Of a stretch of 64,000 nucleotides of DNA, positions 1 through 10,795 are shown one piece after another. Within the stretch, counting starts at the first letter, position 1. Each line of letters starts with the position of its first letter. The notes under the pieces were generated by a model. That model made no database searches. It was given only the letters and a program-made list of their open reading frames with translations, and was not told the DNA's origin. This stretch comes from Amphiscolops sp. MND2022. Lineage: Eukaryota. Both the position numbers and the translations under genes were made by a program. The stretch lies in the NCBI GenBank assembly GCA_964187785.1, contig OZ076412.1, forward strand, positions 67,580,001 to 67,644,000. The letters are read 5' to 3'.

Positions 1-848
1 TGTAACGGCTGCTTGATCCCTTCAATTGACCAAGCTTTACGCCGCCCTGAATTCGGTGCTCGGCACTGCGGATCGTTACCGAACACTGCTTGCTTCTTAG
101 ATTAAAAGGACTGTATCTTGACTTAGTAGGATCCAATGATCCCGAATTGCACTTCTTCCTTGTCTCTTAACACGTCCAACTCTCCACAAGTTGAGAGTAA
201 CTAACTTAGTCGCCCTAAGTCTTTGGCGAAAAGTCGAAAAGAGGTGAAGAAATGAATTGAGAATTGAAATGGTCCTAAGACCCAACTCGAACACAGCCTC
301 CAATCAATTTGTGCCTATCTAGTTATGGTATACATATCGTTTACAATTCTACAGTAAATATAAGTCAAAATATGAAGTATAAATGAATGACATTTAAGTG
401 AATTATTAAAGTTATTGGTTATGTAAACAAACCATAGTGTGGGTATAGCATGTTGGTTAGGTGGGCTCTTAAGCATGTTTACACATTGTAAATATCATGA
501 ATTTCAACAGAGTTACATTCTAATGTGGTCATATAGGTAAATAAAGTTTACATTTTTGGTTCAATGACCTTGAACACTACACATGTGAGGGGTAAAGGGG
601 TTTATAATGGGTGAATGACCTTGAAACTTGGCCGGTAAGCTCGTGTTAGGTACTTGCACATGTGTGCCAAGTTTCATAGCTCTACGGTTAATAGTTGTCG
701 AGAAAACCCATTTGAGAGGGGGTTTGACGAAAATTGACGATCGAATTTTCTTCAAGTTTTCATCTAAGTTTCTAAGAGTTTAAGTCTTGTTTCGCAATCA
801 GCATGTTCTGAATTGAGTTTCTTTGCCTGCTGCTGACTGGCGCCAACA
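1..848 (-). repeat. 3' LTR of the BEL/Pao-like element
   Basis: TGTAACGG...GCGCCAACA; about 98% identical to 16913-17759 (roughly 15-17 substitutions and 3 small indels counted by eye). Confidence 0.92.
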
Positions 849-870
849 TTGCCGGCCCTGTTTTTCTCCC
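849..870 (-). other. Polypurine tract
   Basis: Minus strand reads GGGAGAAAAACAGGGCCGGCAA immediately before the TGTTGG start of the 3' LTR. Confidence 0.65.
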
Positions 871-985
871 GAAAAACACTTTCATAGAACAGGGGTGCCA
901 GTCCCACTACTGGTCTTTTGAGTTTGCCATCAATTGTCGTTGTCTTTCGGAGATCTACAGATTCATAGTCATGTTTCCCAGTTGT

Positions 986-1264
986 TTACTGTGTTCTTTC
1001 TTTACTGCAATGCTTCGCCAGCTCATAATCCCGATCACTGACCATAAGGTAGTTTTCGACAAGTTCACATAATACAACCAAGTGTTTCCAAAAAACTGTT
1101 CTCTCATTTGAAGTGATAGTTTTCCCAATTATCCCAAACTTGATCGTCAACGTCCGACATTCATTGAGTTCAACCAATTCCTTTTCTCTTGAACCTTTAA
1201 TAAGTATGATACAAAATTGCTTCAGTACATTTAACTCGACTTCCATAATTACTTCAACATCCAA
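986..1264 (-). pseudogene. Eroded BEL/Pao integrase C-terminal (DUF5641-like) remnant; unique continuation of the array ORF
   Basis: Begins with the same DVEVIMEV as the unit ORF end, then FCIILIKG...FGIIGKTITSNERTV, resembling the BEL GDIVLIKD...LGRIVKTFPGKDGIV pattern. Confidence 0.45.
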
Positions 1265-1295
1265 AGAATAGATTTCCAGATAAGTCGAAAATGTA

Positions 1296-2391
1296 TCAGA
1301 CAGTTTCCCAAGATTTGCTCTGCTTCACGGGTTTGTCTCGCGTCACTGTAACGTGGCATAGCTTTTGATACATGGCTAATTCATTCAAATCTTCCTGCAG
1401 TACACATTGCTGCTTTTTCACAAAACCATAACTTTGGTCCAATTCTAGACATTTGTTTCCTTCTTCAAGGAGTAGATTACTGTCATAAAACATTGTCACT
1501 TGGAATAGTTTCCCTTGTTGTACGTCCTGTGGTACGGTGGTGACTTCTGCACTCTTTTGCAGCAGTTCAAATTGCACACTCGGTTCTTCCGAAGTTTCAT
1601 TGTTCGATGTGAAGGCTAAGCTTCGATGCTCTTTCATAGTTTCAGTCATTGTGTAATCCAAGGTCTCTTCTGTTTGCACTTTCAAGTGCCCGCTTATGAC
1701 CTTGTGAATCTCGTCATTGAAAACTTGTTCTGTATCCACGAGGAAAGTTTCTGAATGGAAGTCTTGCCGACCATCGTTTACAACGAACGTTTCTGGCCAG
1801 TTCCGCATCCATTCTGCTGTGAGATTCTTCGAGGTGTCTTTGTTTGCATCGCTTTCAACATTTGTCATATTTGAGTCTTCATGTGCTTCACGTTTGATAA
1901 TTTTGTCTTGCAACTTTCCATGGCTTGGACACTTGTCTGAACACTTCATCTGCTCAGGTTGCCATTTTTTCCTTGTACACTTTCCTTTTGTTGTACAGTC
2001 AAGAGCTTTGAGCAAAGCCCTTTCTTCTTGCTTGCCCATACATTCGTTTTTTCTTTTCAGCGATTCATTTCGATCACTCGAACTTTGTTTGCTCGAAGTT
2101 TGCTTTGTTTGAGTTTGCTTCACCGTTCTCATCATTGAACTAGTTTCAACGATTTTATGGTTCGAGCGCCAATGTGATAAAACAATGCACTTTGAATCAA
2201 TTCGCCCAAAACGGGGTTTCTTGTTGTTTCTCAGGTGTGACTCCTTGTCCGTCATTGCATTCATGTCGTTCTGAGAGAGTGCTTCGTCCACGCAGTTCAG
2301 TTCCTGTAAGAGGCTTTGTTGAGGTCGACATTGCCTTGACGGTCCGATAACATTCCAGCGGACCTTTGCATGGTTGCAACTGCTTTGTCAC
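1296..2391 (-). pseudogene. Terminal array unit U0: frameshifted, with an internal deletion of about 0.9 kb
   Basis: ORFs 2197-2391 and 1296-2291 are frameshifted halves of the unit ORF; the junction GATTTGCTCTGCT|TCACGGG at about 1324 skips sequence equivalent to about 2521-3418. Confidence 0.85.
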
Positions 2392-2411
2392 TTTCTGTGA
2401 TTGTGTCGGTC

Positions 2412-4487
2412 TCAGCCAAGTTCCATTTCGCCAACTTCCATAATTACTTCAACATCCAAAGAATAGATTTCCAGACAAGTCGAAAATGTCTCCAGACAGT
2501 TTCCCAAGATTTGCTCTGCTACATATTTCCTCATCAAAGTTGACTGACCGCGGATGAGATATGTCAAAGAGAGTTCGTTCTCTAATTGTTCCATACTCAA
2601 GCTTTCAATTTGGCGTTCGGGAGCGATTATTGAATCATCCATCATCATCACCAAGAGATAAAGAGAATTTCCAACATTACGGCGACTGGAGTTTTTTCCT
2701 TTGTGTTCAATGCTCTCTTTGCATCCAACAGGAGGGGATTTGAGTTGTAATCTCAAACGCTGCGCTGCATTTTGCTTTTTCTTTTCTGGCAGGTCGTTTT
2801 TCGTAGCTACATCCCAGTTTTCTCTTAGTAACTGCAATGCTGTGGAGTTTGGCTTTCGCTCCTGTTTGTAGAGCGTCACCGAGCTTCTCTCACCGCAAAA
2901 CTCCAATTTCATTTCATGTGGGTTTCTTACAGGCTCCCGTTGATCATGAGAAACTTCCAATTTACCAAAACGCCCATACTGAACCCACATTGTCTTGAAC
3001 GGTGCAGCCGGCCCATTGCAAGACCCGTTGCTCCAACTTGTTGCTGTTGGGACTTTCAAAGAAGATATTTGCATTCTCGTCACCGATAGGTTGTCTCTCA
3101 AATCATGTAGCCAAAGTGGCTCGTCTTGTGGTGTTCCATTCACGTTCAACTGAGCTCCTTCCGCTATTTCCTGTATCAGATTCCAGTTATGTTCAATCTT
3201 CCAAGATCTTTTCGTCAGTTGCTTGCGGTGGCCGTTGCTCAATTGAGTTTCATCAATGACGTTAGCTTGTGCCACTGCGTCCATCCCTGAGTTGCCATTA
3301 CCAGTCCAAAGGTTCCATGCATTTCTATGACTTGGAATATATTCTTCAACAAGGTTTATTTCGAAGTCAAAGTCAGGTTTCCTTTCGAAGGTTTGTTTAT
3401 AATCTCTGACATTGCCTTTCACGGGTTTGTCGCGCGTCATGGTAACGTGGCATAGCTGTTGATACATGGCTAATTCATTCAAATCTTCCTGCAGTACACA
3501 TTGCTGCTCTTTCACAAAACCATAACTTTGGTCCAATTCAAGACATTTGTTTCCTTCTTCAAGGAGTAGATTACTGTCATAAAACATTGTCACTTGGAAT
3601 AGTTTCCCTTGTTGTACGTCCTGTGGTACGGTGGTGACTTCTGCACTCTTTTGCAGCAGTTCAAATTGCACACTCGGTTCTTCCGAAGTTTCATTGTTCG
3701 ATGTGAAGGCTAAGCTTCGATGCTCTTTCATAGTTTCAGTCATTGTGTAATCCAAGGTCTCTTCTGTTTGCACTTTCAAGTACCCGCTCATGACCATGTG
3801 AATCTCGTCATTGAAAACTTGTTCTGTATCCACGAGGAGAGTTTCTGAATGGAAGTCTTGCCGGCCATCGTTTACAACGAACGTTTCTGGCCAGTTCCGC
3901 CTCCATTCTGCTGTGAGATTCTTCGAGGTGTCTTTGTTCGCATCGCTTTCAACATTTGTCATATTTGAGTCTTCATGTGCTTCACGTTTGATAATTTTGT
4001 CTTGCAACTTTCCATGGCTTGGACACTTGTCTGAACACTTCATCTGCTCAGGTTGCCATTTTTTCCTTGTACACTTTCCTTTTGTTGTACAGTCAAGAGC
4101 TTTGAGCAAAGCCCTTTCTTCTTGCTTGCCCATACATTCGTCTTTTCTTTTCAGCGATTCATTTCGATCAATTGAACTTTGTTTGCTCGAAGTTTGCTTT
4201 GTTTGAGTTTGCTTCACCGTTCTCATCATTGAACTAGTTTCAACGATTTTATGGTTCGAGCGCCAATGTGATAAAACAATGCACTTTGAATCAATTCGCC
4301 CAAAACTGGGTTCCTTGTTGTTTCTCAGGTGTGACTCCTTGTCCGTCACTGCATTCATGTCGTTCTGAGAACGAGTGCTTCGTCCACGCAGTTCAGTTCC
4401 TGTAAGAGGCTTTGTTGAGGTCGACATTGCCTTGACGGTCCGATAACATTCCAGCGGACCTTTGCATGGTTGCAACTGCTTTGCCAC
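2412..4487 (-). CDS. Array unit U1: intact 691-codon ORF, unknown protein with faint BEL/Pao polyprotein remnants
   Basis: Open frame (track start is GTG; first ATG is about codon 21). Weak by-eye similarity to BEL motifs: LLVDTEQ (protease-like), LDQSYGFVKEQ...YQQLCHVTM and YIPSHRNAW (pre-RT-like), PFKTMWVQYGRFG and LTYLIRGQS (integrase-like). Confidence 0.55.
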   Translation of the reverse strand: MAKQLQPCKGPLECYRTVKAMSTSTKPLTGTELRGRSTRSQNDMNAVTDKESHLRNNKEPSFGRIDSKCIVLSHWRSNHKIVETSSMMRTVKQTQTKQTSSKQSSIDRNESLKRKDECMGKQEERALLKALDCTTKGKCTRKKWQPEQMKCSDKCPSHGKLQDKIIKREAHEDSNMTNVESDANKDTSKNLTAEWRRNWPETFVVNDGRQDFHSETLLVDTEQVFNDEIHMVMSGYLKVQTEETLDYTMTETMKEHRSLAFTSNNETSEEPSVQFELLQKSAEVTTVPQDVQQGKLFQVTMFYDSNLLLEEGNKCLELDQSYGFVKEQQCVLQEDLNELAMYQQLCHVTMTRDKPVKGNVRDYKQTFERKPDFDFEINLVEEYIPSHRNAWNLWTGNGNSGMDAVAQANVIDETQLSNGHRKQLTKRSWKIEHNWNLIQEIAEGAQLNVNGTPQDEPLWLHDLRDNLSVTRMQISSLKVPTATSWSNGSCNGPAAPFKTMWVQYGRFGKLEVSHDQREPVRNPHEMKLEFCGERSSVTLYKQERKPNSTALQLLRENWDVATKNDLPEKKKQNAAQRLRLQLKSPPVGCKESIEHKGKNSSRRNVGNSLYLLVMMMDDSIIAPERQIESLSMEQLENELSLTYLIRGQSTLMRKYVAEQILGNCLETFSTCLEIYSLDVEVIMEVGEMELG

Positions 4488-4507
4488 TTTCTGTGATTGT
4501 GTCGGTC

Positions 4508-6583
4508 TCAGCCAAGTTCCATTTCGCCAACTTCCATAATTACTTCAACATCCAAAGAATAGATTTCCAGATAAGTCGAAAATGTCTCCAGACAGTTTCC
4601 CAAGATTTGCTCTGCTACAAATTTCCTCATCAAAGTTGACTGACCGCGGATGAGATATGTCAAAGAGAGTTCGTTCTCTAATTGTTCCATACTCAAGCTT
4701 TCAATTTGGCGTTCGGGAGCGATTATTGAATCATCCATCATCATCGCCAATAGATAAAGAGAATTTCCAACATTACGGCGACTGGAGTTTTTTCCTTTGT
4801 GTTCGATGCTCTCTTTGCATCCAATAGGAGGGGATTTGAGTTGTAATCTCAGTCGCTGCGCTGCATTTTGCTTTTTCTTTTCTGGCAGGTCGTTTTTCGT
4901 AGCTACATCCCAGTTTTCTCTTAGTAACTGCAATGCTGTGGAGTTTGGCTTTCGCTACTGTTTGTAGAGCGTCACCGAGCTTCTCTCACCGCAAAACTCC
5001 AATTTCATTTCATGTGGGTTTCTTACAGGCTCCCGTAGATCATGAGAAACTTCCAATTTACCAAAACGCCCATACTGAACCCACATTGTCTTGAACGGTG
5101 CAGCCGGCCCATTGCAAGACCCGTTGCTCCAACTTGTTGCTGTTGGGACTTTCAAAGAAGATATTTGCATTCTCGTCACCGATAGGTTGTCTCTCAAATC
5201 ATGTAGCCAAAGTGGCTCGTCTTGTGGTGTTCCATTCACGTTCAACTGAGCTCCTTCCGCTATTTCCTGTATCAGATTCCAGTTATGTTCAATCTTCCAA
5301 GATCTTTTCGTCAGTTGCTTGCGGTGGCCGTTGCTCAATTGAGTTTCATCAATGACGTTAGCTTGTGCCACTGCGTCCATCCCTGAGTTGCCATTACCAG
5401 TCCAAAGGTTCCATGCATTTCTATGACTTGGAATATATTCTTCAACAAGGTTTATTTCGAAGTCAAAGTCAGGTTTCCTTTCGAAGGTTTGTTTATAATC
5501 TCTGACATTGCCTTCCACGGGTTTGTCGCGCGTCATGGTAACGTGGCATAGCTGTTGATACATGGCTAATTCATTCAAATCTTCCTGCAGTACACATTGC
5601 TGCTCTTTCACAAAACCATAACTTTGGTCCAATTCAAGACATTTGTTTCCTTCTTCAAGGAGTAGATTACTGTCATAAAACATTGTCACTTGGAATAGTT
5701 TCCCTTGTTGTACGTCCTGTGGTACGGTGGTGACTTCTGCACTCTTTTGCAGCAGTTCAAATTGCACACTCGGTTCTTCCGAAGTTTCATTGTTCGATGT
5801 GAAGGCTAAGCTTCGATGCTCTTTCATAGTTTCAGTCATTGTGTAATCCAAGGTCTCTTCTGTTTGCACTTTCAAGTGCCCGCTCATGACCATGTGAATC
5901 TCGTCATTGAAAACTTGTTCTGTATCCACGAGGAGAGTTTCTGAATGGAAGTCTTGCCGGCCATCGTTTACAACGAACGTTTCTGGCCAGTTCCGCCTCC
6001 ATTCTGCTGTGAGATTCTTCGAGGTGTCTTTGTTCGCATCGCTTTCAACATTTGTCATATTTGAGTCTTCATGTGCTTCACGTTTGATAATTTTGTCTTG
6101 CAACTTTCCATGGCTTGGACACTTGTCTGAACACTTCATCTGCTCAGGTTGCCATTTTTTCCTTGTACACTTTCCTTTTGTTGTACAGTCAAGAGCTTTG
6201 AGCAAAGCCCTTTCTTCTTGCTTGCCCATACATTCGTCTTTTCTTTTCAGCGATTCATTTCGATCAATTGAACTTTGTTTGCTCGAAGTTTGCTTTGTTT
6301 GAGTTTGCTTCACCGTTCTCATCATTGAACTAGTTTCAACGATTTTATGGTTCGAGCGCCAATGTGATAAAACAATGCACTTTGAATCAATTCGCCCAAA
6401 ACTGGGTTCCTTGTTGTTTCTCAGGTGTGACTCCTTGTCCGTCACTGCATTCATGTCGTTCTGAGAACGAGTGCTTCGTCCACGCAGTTCAGTTCCTGTA
6501 AGAGGCTTTGTTGAGGTCGACATTGCCTTGACGGTCCGATAACATTCCAGCGGACCTTTGCATGGTTGCAACTGCTTTGCCAC
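4508..6583 (-). pseudogene. Array unit U2: ORF truncated at codon 543 by GAG->TAG
   Basis: ORFs 4955-6583 and 4508-4933 are in the same frame; plus strand TTCGCTACTG versus TTCGCTCCTG in intact units. Confidence 0.8.
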
Positions 6584-6603
6584 TTTCTGTGATTGTGTCG
6601 GTC

Positions 6604-8679
6604 TCAGCCAAGTTCCATTTCGCCAACTTCCATAATTACTTCAACATCCAAAGAATAGATTTCCAGATAAGTCGAAAATGTCTCCAGACAGTTTCCCAAG
6701 ATTTGCTCTGCTACATATTTCCTCATCAAAGTTGACTGACCGCGGATGAGATATGTCAAAGAGAGTTCGTTCTCTAATTGTTCCATACTCAAGCTTTCAA
6801 TTTGGCGTTCGGGAGCGATTATTGAATCATCCATCATCATCGCCAATAGATAAAGAGAATTTCCAACATTACGGCGACTGGAGTTTTTTCCTTTGTGTTC
6901 GATGCTCTCTTTGCATCCAATAGGAGGGGATTTGAGTTGTAATCTCAGTCGCTGCGCTGCATTTTGCTTTTTCTTTTCTGGCAGGTCGTTTTTCGTAGCT
7001 ACATCCCAGTTTTCTCTTAGTAACTGCAATGCTGTGGAGTTTGGCTTTCGCTACTGTTTGTAGAGCGTCACCGAGCTTCTCTCACCGCAAAACTCCAATT
7101 TCATTTCATGTGGGTTTCTTACAGGCTCCCGTAGATCATGAGAAACTTCCAATTTACCAAAACGCCCATACTGAACCCACATTGTCTTGAACGGTGCAGC
7201 CGGCCCATTGCAAGACCCGTTGCTCCAACTTGTTGCTGTTGGGACTTTCAAAGAAGATATTTGCATTCTCGTCACCGATAGGTTGTCTCTCAAATCATGT
7301 AGCCAAAGTGGCTCGTCTTGTGGTGTTCCATTCATGTTCAACTGAGCTCCTTCCGCTATTTCCTGTATCAGATTCCAGTTATGTTCAATCTTCCAAGATC
7401 TTTTCGTCAGTTGCTTGCGGTGGCCGTTGCTCAATTGAGTTTCATCAATGACGTTAGCTTGTGCCACTGCGTCCATCCCTGAGTTGCCATTACCAGTCCA
7501 AAGGTTCCATGCATTTCTATGACTTGGAATATATTCTTCAACAAGGTTTATTTCGAAGTCAAAGTCAGGTTTCCTTTCGAAGGTTTGTTTATAATCTCTG
7601 ACATTGCCTTCCACGGGTTTGTCGCGCGTCATGGTAACGTGGCATAGCTGTTGATACATGGCTAATTCATTCAAATCTTCCTGCAGTACACATTGCTGCT
7701 CTTTCACAAAACCATAACTTTGGTCCAATTCAAGACATTTGTTTCCTTCTTCAAGGAGTAGATTACTGTCATAAAACATTGTCACTTGGAATAGTTTCCC
7801 TTGTTGTACGTCCTGTGGTACGGTGGTGACTTCTGCACTCTTTTGCAGCAGTTCAAATTGCACACTCGGTTCTTCCGAAGTTTCATTGTTCGATGTGAAG
7901 GCTAAGCTTCGATGCTCTTTCATAGTTTCAGTCATTGTGTAATCCAAGGTCTCTTCTGTTTGCACTTTCAAGTACCCGCTCATGACCATGTGAATCTCGT
8001 CATTGAAAACTTGTTCTGTATCCACGAGGAGAGTTTCTGAATGGAAGTCTTGCCGGCCATCGTTTACAACGAACGTTTCTGGCCAGTTCCGCCTCCATTC
8101 TGCTGTGAGATTCTTCGAGGTGTCTTTGTTCGCATCGCTTTCAACATTTGTCATATTTGAGTCTTCATGTGCTTCACGTTTGATAATTTTGTCTTGCAAC
8201 TTTCCATGGCTTGGACACTTGTCTGAACACTTCATCTGCTCAGGTTGCCATTTTTTCCTTGTACACTTTCCTTTTGTTGTACAGTCAAGAGCTTTGAGCA
8301 AAGCCCTTTCTTCTTGCTTGCCCATACATTCGTCTTTTCTTTTCACCGATTCATTTCGATCAATTGAACTTTGTTTGCTCGAAGTTTGCTTTGTTTGAGT
8401 TTGCTTCACCGTTCTCATCATTGAACTAGTTTCAACGATTTTATGGTTCGAGCGCCAATGTGATAAAACAATGCACTTTGAATCAATTCGCCCAAAACGG
8501 GGTTCCTTGTTGTTTCTCAGGTGTGACTCCTTGTCCGTCACTGCATTCATGTCGTTCTGAGAGTGAGTGCTTCGTCCACGCAGTTCAGTTCCTGTAAGAG
8601 GCTTTGTTGAGGTCGACATTGCCTTGACGGTCCGATAACATTCCAGCGGACCTTTGCATGGTTGCAACTGCTTTGTCAC
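6604..8679 (-). pseudogene. Array unit U3: same nonsense allele as U2
   Basis: ORFs 7051-8679 and 6604-7029; identical stop position. Confidence 0.8.
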
Positions 8680-8699
8680 TTTCTGTGATTGTGTCGGTC

Positions 8700-10775
8700 T
8701 CAGCCAAGTTCCATTTCGCCAACTTCCATAGTTACTTCAACATCCAAAGAATAGATTTCCAGACAAGTCGAAAATGTCTCCAGACAGTTTCCCAAGATTT
8801 GCTCTGCTACATATTTCCTCATCAAAGTTGACTGACCGCGGATGAGATATGTCAAAGAGAGTTCGTTCTCTAATTGTTCCATACTCAAGCTTTCAATTTG
8901 GCGTTCGGGAGCGATTATTGAATCATCCATCATCATCACCAAGAGATAAAGAGAATTTCCAACATTACGGCGACTGGAGTTTTTTCCTTTGTGTTCAATG
9001 CTCTCTTTGCATCCAATAGGAGGGGATTTGAGTTGTAATCTCAGTCGCTGCGCTGCATTTTGCTTTTTCTTTTCTGGCAGGTCGTTTTTCGTAGCTACAT
9101 CCCAGTTTTCTCTTAGTAACTGAAATGCTGTGGAGTTTGGCTTTCGCTCCTGTTTGTAGAGCGTCACCGAGCTTCTCTCACCGCAAAACTCCAATTTCAT
9201 TTCATGTGGGTTTCTTACAGGCTCCCGTAGATCATGAGAAACTTCCAATTTACCAAAACGCCCATACTGAACCCACATTGTCTTGAACGGTGCAGCCGGC
9301 CCATTGCAAGACCCGTTGCTCCAACTTGTTGCTGTTGGGACTTTCAAAGAAGATATTTGCATTCTCGTCACCGATAGGTTGTCTCTCAAATCATGTAGCC
9401 AAAGTGGCTCGTCTTGTGGTGTTCCATTCACGTTCAACTGAGCTCCTTCCGCTATTTCCTGTATCAGATTCCAGTTATGTTCAATCTTCCAAGATCTTTT
9501 CGTCAGTTGCTTGCGGTGGCCGTTGCTCAATTGAGTTTCATCAATGACGTTAGCTTGTGCCACTGCGTCCATCCCTGAGTTGCCATTACCAGTCCAAAGG
9601 TTCCATGCATTTCTATGACTTGGAATATATTCTTCAACAAGGTTTATTTCGAAGTCAAAGTCAGGTTTCCTTTCGAAGGTTTGTTTATAATCTCTGACAT
9701 TGCCTTCCACGGGTTTGTCGCGCGTCATGGTAACGTGGCATAGCTGTTGATACATGGCTAATTCATTCAAATCTTCCTGCAGTACACATTGCTGCTCTTT
9801 CACAAAACCATAACTTTGGTCCAATTCAAGACATTTGTTTCCTTCTTCAAGGAGTAGATTACTGTCATAAAACATTGTCACTTGGAATAGTTTCCCTTGT
9901 TGTACGTCCTGTGGTACGGTGGTGACTTCTGCACTCTTTTGCAGCAGTTCAAATTGCACACTCGGTTCTTCCGAAGTTTCATTGTTCGATGTGAAGGCTA
10001 AGCTTCGATGCTCTTTCATAGTTTCAGTCATTGTGTAATCCAAGGTCTCTTCTGTTTGCACTTTCAAGTACCCGCTCATGACCATGTGAATCTCGTCATT
10101 GAAAACTTGTTCTGTATCCACGAGGAGAGTTTCTGAATGGAAGTCTTGCCGGCCATCGTTTACAACGAACGTTTCTGGCCAGTTCCGCCTCCATTCTGCT
10201 GTGAGATTCTTCGAGGTGTCTTCGTTCGCATCGCTTTCAACATTTGTCATATTTGAGTCTTCATGTGCTTCACGTTTGATAATTTTGTCTTGCAACTTTC
10301 CATGGCTTGGACACTTGTCTGAACACTTCATCTGCTCAGGTTGCCATTTTTTCCTTGTACACTTTCCTTTTGTTGTACAGTCAAGAGCTTTGAGCAAAGC
10401 CCTTTCTTCTTGCTTGCCCATACATTCGTCTTTTCTTTTCAGCGATTCATTTCGATCAATTGAACTTTGTTTGCTCGAAGTTTGCTTTGTTTGAGTTTGC
10501 TTCACCGTTCTCATCATTGAACTAGTTTCAACGATTTTATGGTTCGAGCGCCAATGTGATAAAACAATGCACTTTGAATCAATTCGCCCAAAACTGGGTT
10601 CCTTGTTGTTTCTCAGGTGTGACTCCTTGTCCGTCACTGCATTCATGTCGTTCTGAGAACGAGTGCTTCGTCCACGCAGTTCAGTTCCTGTAAGAGGCTT
10701 TGTTGAGGTCGACATTGCCTTGACGGTCCGATAACATTCCAGCGGACCTTTGCATGGTTGCAACTGCTTTGTCAC
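8700..10775 (-). CDS. Array unit U4: intact 691-codon ORF
   Basis: Open frame nearly identical to U1. Confidence 0.55.
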   Translation of the reverse strand: MTKQLQPCKGPLECYRTVKAMSTSTKPLTGTELRGRSTRSQNDMNAVTDKESHLRNNKEPSFGRIDSKCIVLSHWRSNHKIVETSSMMRTVKQTQTKQTSSKQSSIDRNESLKRKDECMGKQEERALLKALDCTTKGKCTRKKWQPEQMKCSDKCPSHGKLQDKIIKREAHEDSNMTNVESDANEDTSKNLTAEWRRNWPETFVVNDGRQDFHSETLLVDTEQVFNDEIHMVMSGYLKVQTEETLDYTMTETMKEHRSLAFTSNNETSEEPSVQFELLQKSAEVTTVPQDVQQGKLFQVTMFYDSNLLLEEGNKCLELDQSYGFVKEQQCVLQEDLNELAMYQQLCHVTMTRDKPVEGNVRDYKQTFERKPDFDFEINLVEEYIPSHRNAWNLWTGNGNSGMDAVAQANVIDETQLSNGHRKQLTKRSWKIEHNWNLIQEIAEGAQLNVNGTPQDEPLWLHDLRDNLSVTRMQISSLKVPTATSWSNGSCNGPAAPFKTMWVQYGRFGKLEVSHDLREPVRNPHEMKLEFCGERSSVTLYKQERKPNSTAFQLLRENWDVATKNDLPEKKKQNAAQRLRLQLKSPPIGCKESIEHKGKNSSRRNVGNSLYLLVMMMDDSIIAPERQIESLSMEQLENELSLTYLIRGQSTLMRKYVAEQILGNCLETFSTCLEIYSLDVEVTMEVGEMELG

Positions 10776-10795
10776 TTTCTGTGATTGTGTCGGTC

